Assembly: GCA_035501255.1 (NCBI GenBank) | Contig: DATJWM010000135.1 | Coordinates: forward strand, 60-64,059 | Reading direction: 5' to 3' | Source of the DNA: Mycobacteriales bacterium | Lineage (GTDB): Bacteria; Actinomycetota; Actinomycetes; JAFAQI01 | DNA: 64,000 nt | Part shown: positions 57,735 to 64,000 of the stretch, in pieces | Numbering within the stretch: the stretch's first letter is position 1 | Layout of the letters: each line of letters opens with the position of its first letter | Position numbers and translations under genes: made by a program | Notes under the pieces: model-generated | Told to the model about the DNA's origin: nothing | The model's database searches: none | What the model saw: only the letters and a program-made list of their open reading frames with translations

Positions 57735-59110
57735 TCACGAACGCGCAGATCGACGACACCCGAGGCGCGGGGAGCCGGCGTGCCGACGTCCGGGTCGGCG
57801 GGAGGACGATCACCGACCTTGGTGCCGCATTGGAACGTGGTGCGAACGAGGAGGCGTACGACGCCGGTGGGGCGGCCCTGCTCCCCGGCCTGCACGACCA
57901 CCACCTGCACCTGTTCGCGATCGCAGCGGCGCTCGACAGCCTCCCGTGCGGCCCACCGACCGTCACGACCCTTGACGAGCTCGCTACCGCGCTCCGTTCG
58001 GTCCCGGGCGAACACGCGATCCGGGGCGTCGGGTACCACGAATCGGTCGCGGGCGAGCTCGACCGCACGATGCTCGACCGACTGGTGGCAGATCGCCCGG
58101 TTCGCATCCAACATCGCGGCGGCGCCGTGTGGATGCTCAACACGAAGGCGCTCGAGATCGCCGGGATCAGACCGGGAGACCCCGGGGTCGAGCTCGACGA
58201 GGACCAGACACTGACCGGCCGGCTCTGGCGAGGTGATCACCTGATCCGGACCACGGCGACCGAGTTGCCCGATCTGGGCGCAGCGAGTCGGCGGCTTGTC
58301 GACTATGGCATCACCGGGGTCACGGACGCGACCCCCGACCTCGATGCCGCCGCGGGCGCCCACCTGGCGAACCAGGCGACCTCGGGCGCCCTCGCCCAGC
58401 GTGTCCTGGCCCTCGGGCTCGACACCTCTCGCGGCGCCCGGGTCACCGCCGGACCGCTCAAGTTCCTGCTCGCCGATCATGCCCTTCCGACCCTGGAGGA
58501 TCTGGCCGAACGGATCGCCGGAACACACGCGCAGGGTCGAGCGGTCGCCATTCACTGCGTCACGCGACACGCCACCGTCTTAACCATCGCGGCACTGGAA
58601 ATCGCCGGACCCCGAGCCGGCGACCGGATCGAACACGGCGCGATCATTCCGACCGAGCTTCGCTCGAGCCTCGCCGACAACGGCGTCGCGGTCGTGACCC
58701 AGCCGAGCTTCGTCCGGGACCGGGGGGATGACTACCTGCGCGACGTCGATCCGGGCGACGTCGGCGAGCTCTACCCCTACCGCTCCCTGCTCGATTGCGG
58801 GATCGAGGTCGCGCCCTCGAGCGATGCACCGTTCGGCGATCTCGACCCGTGGAGGTCGATCCAAGCCGCCGCGCAACGACGGACGGAGCGCGGCCGGGAC
58901 CTGGGGCACAGCGAGCGGCTGTCACCCCGCGCGGTGCTCGACGGATACCTCTCGCCGCTCACCCGGCCCGGCGGTCCGCCGCGTCGGATCGAGGTCGGAG
59001 CGGCGGCAGACCTCTGCTTGCTGAACGTCCCCCTCGAAGAGGCGCTCGCACGGCCGAACAAGGACAACGTCCGGCTCGCCGTGATCGACGGGACGGTTAC
59101 CGTCCGATGA
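57728..59110 (+). CDS. Amidohydrolase-family metal-dependent hydrolase
   Basis: PGLHDHHLHL (HxH) near the N-terminus, internal AIHCV, and a SDAPF C-terminal motif. GTG at 57728 overlaps the upstream stop. Confidence 0.8.
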   Translation: MLITNAQIDDTRGAGSRRADVRVGGRTITDLGAALERGANEEAYDAGGAALLPGLHDHHLHLFAIAAALDSLPCGPPTVTTLDELATALRSVPGEHAIRGVGYHESVAGELDRTMLDRLVADRPVRIQHRGGAVWMLNTKALEIAGIRPGDPGVELDEDQTLTGRLWRGDHLIRTTATELPDLGAASRRLVDYGITGVTDATPDLDAAAGAHLANQATSGALAQRVLALGLDTSRGARVTAGPLKFLLADHALPTLEDLAERIAGTHAQGRAVAIHCVTRHATVLTIAALEIAGPRAGDRIEHGAIIPTELRSSLADNGVAVVTQPSFVRDRGDDYLRDVDPGDVGELYPYRSLLDCGIEVAPSSDAPFGDLDPWRSIQAAAQRRTERGRDLGHSERLSPRAVLDGYLSPLTRPGGPPRRIEVGAAADLCLLNVPLEEALARPNKDNVRLAVIDGTVTVR

Positions 59111-59120
59111 GCATCGCCGT

Positions 59121-60611
59121 TCAGTCGTCGGTGAGCTCCGCGACGACGTTACGCCGGACGAGCTTGCCGGTCTCGGTCCGTGGAAGCTCGTCCCAGAACG
59201 TGATGCGCTCCGGCGTCTTGGAGCCGCGCAGCCGCGAGCGCACGTGCTCGCGCAGGTCGTCGGCCTCGACCGATGCTCCGGGGCGGAGCACCACCACCGC
59301 CTCGATCCGTTGGCCCCACTCCTCGTCCGGTACGCCGACGACGACGGCGTCCGACACGGCCTCGTGCTCGAGCAGCACGACCTCGATTTCGGCAGGCGCG
59401 ATGTTCTCGGCACCGCGGATGATCGTGTCGTCGGCTCGCCCCTTGATGAACAGGTAACCGTCCACGTCGAGATAGCCCTCATCGCGGGTGTCGAAGAACC
59501 CGCGCGCGTCGACGACCGAACCCGATCCGGTGTACTCGCCCGACACCTGGTCTCCACGGACGAAAATCCGGCCGCTCACCCCCGGCCCGACCGGCGCACC
59601 GGCATCGTCGCGGATCTCCAGCTCGATGGCGGGAACCACCTTGCCGGCTGATCCCAGCCGCGCGCGAACCTGCGGCTCGCTGGCCGCAATCGCCGCCCGA
59701 TGATCGTCGGGACCCAGCACGGAGATCGTGGAACTCGTCTCGGTCAAGCCGTAGGCGTTGACGAAGTCGACGTGCGGCCAGAGCCGCAGTGCCTGCTCGA
59801 TCACCGACTGCGGCATCGCGGCACCGCCGTAGGCGAGGGAGCGCAGCGACGGCACCGAGCGGTCGGTGTCGGCGGCGTCGACGATCCGGGCGAGCATCGT
59901 GGGGACGACGAGCGCGTTCGTCACCCCCTCGTCGCGCACCAACCTGAGCCACTCCGCCGGCGAGAACGACTCGAGGGTGAGCAGCCGCCGACCGGCGTAG
60001 AGGTTGCTGATGACGTTCGCGACCGCGGCAATGTGGTACGGCGGCACGCTGACCAGGGCGGCGTCGCCCTCGTCCGCCGACATGAAATCAACCGAACCGA
60101 ACACGTAGGACACGAGGTTCTCGTGCCGAAGCACGACTCCCTTCGGAGCCGAGGTCGTCCCGCTGGTGTAGATGATGACCGCCGTGGCCGACGGGTCCGC
60201 CGGGTTGTCGACCGGATCCGCGGCGGCGGCTTCGGCCGCTGCCATCCACTCCTGCGCAGTGACGGGCGCCAGTCCGTTGCGCGCCAGCGCCTCGTGCTGC
60301 GCGGGGTCGGCGATCGCGTACGCCTTCGGATGCTGCGCAAGGAGGTAGTCGAGCTGATCCGCGCCGAGCCGGTAGTTCACGGGGACCAGGGGCACGCCGG
60401 CGTACGCCGCGGCGAACAGCGCGAGCGGAAACGCCGGTCCATTGACGGCCAGGTAAAGGATCGCGTCCGCACCGCTGGCCACCGCGACCGCTGCACCTCC
60501 CCGAGCGAGCGCCTGCATCCGCTGCGCGGTGATGCCCTCCGCCCGGGTCCCGAGGACCACACGGTCGCCGAAACCGTCGGCGGCCATGTCCAGCAGGATC
60601 GTGAGGTTCAT
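59121..60611 (-). CDS. AMP-dependent acyl-CoA synthetase/ligase (class I adenylate-forming)
   Basis: IIYTSGTTSAPKGV AMP-binding motif, YGLTE, and GYLFIKGRADD. Confidence 0.88.
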   Translation of the reverse strand: MNLTILLDMAADGFGDRVVLGTRAEGITAQRMQALARGGAAVAVASGADAILYLAVNGPAFPLALFAAAYAGVPLVPVNYRLGADQLDYLLAQHPKAYAIADPAQHEALARNGLAPVTAQEWMAAAEAAAADPVDNPADPSATAVIIYTSGTTSAPKGVVLRHENLVSYVFGSVDFMSADEGDAALVSVPPYHIAAVANVISNLYAGRRLLTLESFSPAEWLRLVRDEGVTNALVVPTMLARIVDAADTDRSVPSLRSLAYGGAAMPQSVIEQALRLWPHVDFVNAYGLTETSSTISVLGPDDHRAAIAASEPQVRARLGSAGKVVPAIELEIRDDAGAPVGPGVSGRIFVRGDQVSGEYTGSGSVVDARGFFDTRDEGYLDVDGYLFIKGRADDTIIRGAENIAPAEIEVVLLEHEAVSDAVVVGVPDEEWGQRIEAVVVLRPGASVEADDLREHVRSRLRGSKTPERITFWDELPRTETGKLVRRNVVAELTDD

Positions 60612-60676
60612 CGCGGGCCAATCCGGTTGAATCGTCGCCAGACGGCGAGGGAAAGCATCAACTCTAGACAGCGCGG

Positions 60677-61468
60677 CTATAGGTCCGGGAGGCGGTTCGG
60701 GATCAGGTCCGGGGCGGGCGAGCCGTCGACCGCGAGCAGCTTGCCGGTCACCCAGGCCGAGGCAGGAGAGGCAAAGTACAGCACCGCCGGTGCGATGTCG
60801 TCGGGCACTCCGTTGCGCCGCATCGCGGTCCGTTCGGCCATACCCTCGCGCGCCTGTGGCGGCTGGTGATCAAGCCAGGTGCGAAAGGAGTCGGTCTCGA
60901 CAGCACCCGGTAGCACCGCGTTGACCCTGATCCGCGGCGAGAGCTCCGCGGCGAGCAAGCGGGTCAGCTGGGCGACCGCGCTCTTCATCAGGCTGTGGGT
61001 CAGGGACCCCCGGCTCGCGTTGAGCCCGGCGACCGAACCGATGTTGACGATCGACCCTCCGCCACGTTCGAGCAGGTGTGGGACCGCGAGCCGGCACAAC
61101 TCGAACGGAGACGAGATGTTGAAGTGAAACGCCTTCTCCAGGTCGGTCACTGTCGTCTTCAACATCGGCTTCGATACCGATCCGCCTGCGTTGTTGACGA
61201 CGATATCGAGACCGCCGAGGGTCGAGGTGGTCTCCTCGACCGCCCGGGCCAGATAGTCGAGGTCGTTGACATCGCCGGCGAGGACGAGCGCGCGGCGCCC
61301 ACGCGCCTGCACATCCGCGGCCACCGAGCGCAGGTCGGTCTCGGTGCGCGCGCACAGCGCGACGTCGGCGCCGGCGTCGGCGAAGATCCGCGCAATCGCG
61401 GCCCCGATCCCCTTGCCCGCGCCAGTGACGATCGCCACCTTGTCGGCCAGACCGAACGCGTCGGTCAT
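60677..61468 (-). CDS. SDR family oxidoreductase
   Basis: VTGAGKGIG and NNAG motifs and a classical SDR C-terminus. ATG at 61468. The rest of the 555-aa track ORF is out-of-frame read-through over the next gene. Confidence 0.88.
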   Translation of the reverse strand: MTDAFGLADKVAIVTGAGKGIGAAIARIFADAGADVALCARTETDLRSVAADVQARGRRALVLAGDVNDLDYLARAVEETTSTLGGLDIVVNNAGGSVSKPMLKTTVTDLEKAFHFNISSPFELCRLAVPHLLERGGGSIVNIGSVAGLNASRGSLTHSLMKSAVAQLTRLLAAELSPRIRVNAVLPGAVETDSFRTWLDHQPPQAREGMAERTAMRRNGVPDDIAPAVLYFASPASAWVTGKLLAVDGSPAPDLIPNRLPDL

Positions 61469-61521
61469 CGGGGAGTCATCCGCCGGGATCACGTCGTCTC
61501 CTCGTTCGACTCTCACGCCCC

Positions 61522-62781
61522 TCAGGGCGAGACCGTGACGCCCGGGATGGTCTTGCCGCAGATCGGATCTGCTCCCTTCACCAGCGTGAACGTCGACCCT
61601 GACAACTTGGTGACCCACCCGCAGCCATCCGCACCCTGCACCTGTCCGCTGCGGTCGTTGGGGTTGACCGAGTGACTGCCGAACAGTCCGTCCGCGGTGA
61701 AGGAGGTGATCCCGGACAGACCCTTGATCAGCGACGCCTGGGTCGGATTCGCCCCGGCCGCTTGCAGCCCCTGCACGAGCAGCAGGATCGAGGCGTAACC
61801 GTTGTACATCGCATAGGTCGGCTCGGTCGTGACCCCGACCTTTCTCAAGGCGGCCTGGAACCGCTCGGTGGCCGGTGTGTGCATCTCGACCGGTTCGTAC
61901 TGGAGGTAGAAGAAGACCCCTTGGGCTTCCCTGAGCGCGCCCGGACCTGCCTGGGTGGTGTCCCCGCCGTAGCCGGTCGGAAGGATCGCCGCCTTCAGAT
62001 CGACACCCTCGTTGCGCAGCGCCTGGATCAACGCGAAGGCCGTGTTCGGATCCACGTCCGCAGTCAGCGCGTCGACGCCGGAGTTCTTCATCGCGATCGC
62101 GACCGGCTGTACGTTGGTGGACCCGAACGGGAAGCTCGCGTCGATGTACCCCTTCTTCAGCCCGACGTACTCGGCCGCGACGCCCGCGCCCTTCGCCGCC
62201 TCCGCCGAACTCGGGGAGATGCTGTAGCCCAGGGCGCCGACCGTGGTCGCACCCTGGGACTTCATGAAGTCCGCGAATCCGGTCCCGACCATCTCCGTGT
62301 GGAGCGGTCCGTACACCGAGAACATGTTCTTCGCGGTGATCCACTCCGGACCGTCTTCGGCGACCCCGACGACCGGCACGTTGTGGGCGGTCAGGTACTT
62401 CGCGGCGTCGTAGAACAGCGCGGAATGGGCGATGACGGCGAACACGTGGTCCCGCTGGACCAGCTGCTCGGCGGCGGTCAGCACCTGACCCGGGTTCGTC
62501 GCCGTGTCGGCAGTCACGAGCTTGAAGTGGTAACCCTTGGGTGCGACCGCATCGAGCCCGGCCTGCACGCCCTGCAAGGCGGTCTTGCTTCCTGACGCCG
62601 CAAGTCCGGTCGCGTCATACAGCAGGCCGATCGTGAGGGTCTTCGTGGGCGCGGTCGCCCCGGGGGTCGACCCGCCGCCGGACGACCCGCTGCTGCATGC
62701 GGACGCGATGGCGAGCACTGCCGCCACCACGACAGCGACGATGACGCTCCTGCGGGATCGGACCACGGCAGTTCCCTTCAT
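61522..62781 (-). CDS. ABC transporter substrate-binding lipoprotein, branched-chain amino acid (LivJ/K) family
   Basis: Lipobox IASAC. Type I periplasmic-binding-protein pattern (TLTIGLLYDATG...). Confidence 0.85.
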   Translation of the reverse strand: MKGTAVVRSRRSVIVAVVVAAVLAIASACSSGSSGGGSTPGATAPTKTLTIGLLYDATGLAASGSKTALQGVQAGLDAVAPKGYHFKLVTADTATNPGQVLTAAEQLVQRDHVFAVIAHSALFYDAAKYLTAHNVPVVGVAEDGPEWITAKNMFSVYGPLHTEMVGTGFADFMKSQGATTVGALGYSISPSSAEAAKGAGVAAEYVGLKKGYIDASFPFGSTNVQPVAIAMKNSGVDALTADVDPNTAFALIQALRNEGVDLKAAILPTGYGGDTTQAGPGALREAQGVFFYLQYEPVEMHTPATERFQAALRKVGVTTEPTYAMYNGYASILLLVQGLQAAGANPTQASLIKGLSGITSFTADGLFGSHSVNPNDRSGQVQGADGCGWVTKLSGSTFTLVKGADPICGKTIPGVTVSP

Positions 62782-62831
62782 TGGATGCGAATGCCCGGCT
62801 GGGCGAAATCACGTTGACGGACCGGCGGCGC

Positions 62832-64000
62832 CTACGTTCCTGCGGCCATCGCCGCCCCGAGGTACCCGCGCAACAACTCTCCCCCGGCCTGGGCACTCGG
62901 GCCGTGCCATGCGATCTCGCCGCGCTGGAGGATCAGGCAGTCGTCGGCGAACGCGAGCGCGCGATGCACGTACTGCTCGATCAGGACGACCGTGACGCCT
63001 TCCCCGCGGGCGCGTTCGAGGCTGTCAAAAACCAAGTCCACCAACTTCGGCGCCAACCCGAGCGAGAGCTCGTCGGCGACGAGCAACTGCGGAGTCGTCG
63101 CCAGTGCCCGGGCGAGAGACAGCATCTGCTGCTCTCCCCCGGAGAGCCTTCCGGCGAGTTGGCGGCGTCGAGAGGCAAGGTGGGGAAACGTGGTGAGTGC
63201 GAGGTCGATCGCGGTATCCCGACTTGCCCGGTCGGGCGCCGCGCTCGCCGCCATCTTCAGGTTGTCCGACACGGATAGGCCGCGGAACACGCCCCGGCCC
63301 TCCGGCAACTGAAGCAGACCCGCACGACGAATCCGGTACGCCGGCCAGTTCGTGATGACCGTGCCGGCCAGTTCGATCCGGCCGGAAGTGGCCGGCACAA
63401 GGCCGGAGAGCACGCGGGCGAGCGTGCTCTTGCCCGCACCGTTGAGACCCAGCACGGCCAGCGCGCGACCACCCGCGAGCGAGAATGACACGTCGGTGAG
63501 CGCGACCGCGTCGCCGTACCTGACCGACAGCCCGTCGACGCGGAGCGCCGGTAACGCCGATTGCGCTGCGCTGACGGGCTGCGCCGAGTCCTCGGGGTGC
63601 GCTGGCTCGTCCGGTTCCGCAGGCTCCTCGCGCGCGTCGTCGACGCCCCCCGGATCCGCGGGACCCTCCTCGCCGAGGTAGGCCGCCCGTACCGCGGGAG
63701 ACGCCCGTACCTCCTCCGGGGTGCCGTGGGCGATCAACTCACCGAAGTCGAGCACGTTGACCGCACTACACAGCCGCATGACGAGCTCGACGTCATGCTC
63801 GACCAGCAGGATCGACGCGCCACTGTCCGCCGCGATCCGGGTCAAGGTCGCCTCGAACTGCGCAGTCTCGGCTGCCGTAAGGCCGGACGACGGCTCGTCA
63901 AGGAGCAGCAGGCGAGGCGAGGTGGCAAGCGCGCGGCCCAGTTCGACCAGGCGCGCCGTCCCCAGCGGCAGGCCGCCGGCCGAATGCTCCGCCACCGGGC
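62832..64000 (-). CDS. Fused LivG-like/LivF-like ABC ATP-binding protein, partial (N-terminus beyond the window's right edge)
   Basis: The upstream half shows the end of one ATPase ([11 protein letters not shown] Walker B, LVEHD). An acidic Pro-rich linker follows, then a complete second ATPase ([34 protein letters not shown]) in the same frame with no stop between them. Confidence 0.85.
   Translation of the reverse strand, partial: PVAEHSAGGLPLGTARLVELGRALATSPRLLLLDEPSSGLTAAETAQFEATLTRIAADSGASILLVEHDVELVMRLCSAVNVLDFGELIAHGTPEEVRASPAVRAAYLGEEGPADPGGVDDAREEPAEPDEPAHPEDSAQPVSAAQSALPALRVDGLSVRYGDAVALTDVSFSLAGGRALAVLGLNGAGKSTLARVLSGLVPATSGRIELAGTVITNWPAYRIRRAGLLQLPEGRGVFRGLSVSDNLKMAASAAPDRASRDTAIDLALTTFPHLASRRRQLAGRLSGGEQQMLSLARALATTPQLLVADELSLGLAPKLVDLVFDSLERARGEGVTVVLIEQYVHRALAFADDCLILQRGEIAWHGPSAQAGGELLRGYLGAAMAAGT

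Noticed and set aside
61469-62344. N-terminal extension of track ORF 60677..62344 (555 aa)
   Set aside because: The SDR begins at ATG 61468 (MTDAFGLADKVAIVTGAG). The extension is out of frame over the substrate-binding protein gene 61522..62781.

Overview
This is a very GC-rich actinobacterial chromosome segment (GC judged by eye, not computed). It is densely packed and looks like core genome, not an accessory island. I support about 58 protein-coding genes, one tRNA, and several non-coding repeats and palindromes.

Gene content in order:
- Partial cobalamin-dependent methionine synthase (metH), an SDR, an HtrA-type protease, a SHOCT + DUF6325-like pair and an APC permease.
- A roughly 1200-aa secreted PKD-domain protein, a flavoprotein oxidoreductase and the initiator tRNA-Met.
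- UPF0182 and a PDZ/Lon-like protease, an arrangement I recall around Rv3193c-Rv3195 in M. tuberculosis. Then moaE, an epimerase, a DUF2342 metalloprotease and a DUF45 hydrolase.
- A crotonase, a zinc-ribbon mini-gene missing from the ORF track, an orphan E1-like/leader-peptide-binding-like protein and citrate synthase.
- An ABC1 kinase, a cNMP-binding protein, a B12-mutase catalytic subunit coupled to folE.
- An eight-gene envelope module: two membrane-fusion proteins, a MacB-type ABC pump, a DUF5666 lipoprotein, a GT2-GtrA glycosyltransferase and a two-component system.
- A complete FAS-II supra-operon: PucR regulator, fabD, fabH, acpP, fabF, accD6-like, fabG and inhA.
- An MFS transporter, ideR, gpgS, folP, a beta-propeller/FN3 protein and tesB.
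- A CoA-dependent catabolic cluster with Liv-type uptake genes.

No CRISPR array, transposase, integrase, prophage or recognisable defence system was seen.

The leads I consider most worth a second look:
- FabD fused to a lysine-less biotinyl/lipoyl-like domain.
- Adjacent crotonase and family-III CoA-transferase genes that both appear domain-permuted.
- The dual-adaptor MacB envelope module, with shared Gly-rich tails and a neighbouring polyprenyl-phosphate glycosyltransferase.
- The zinc-ribbon mini-protein next to an orphan E1-like protein.
- Several exact palindromes and tandem repeats in AT-rich intergenic islands.

Many long ORFs in the supplied track are antisense or out-of-frame artefacts of the GC bias. 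All family names come from motif and pattern recognition by eye. No database search was run.
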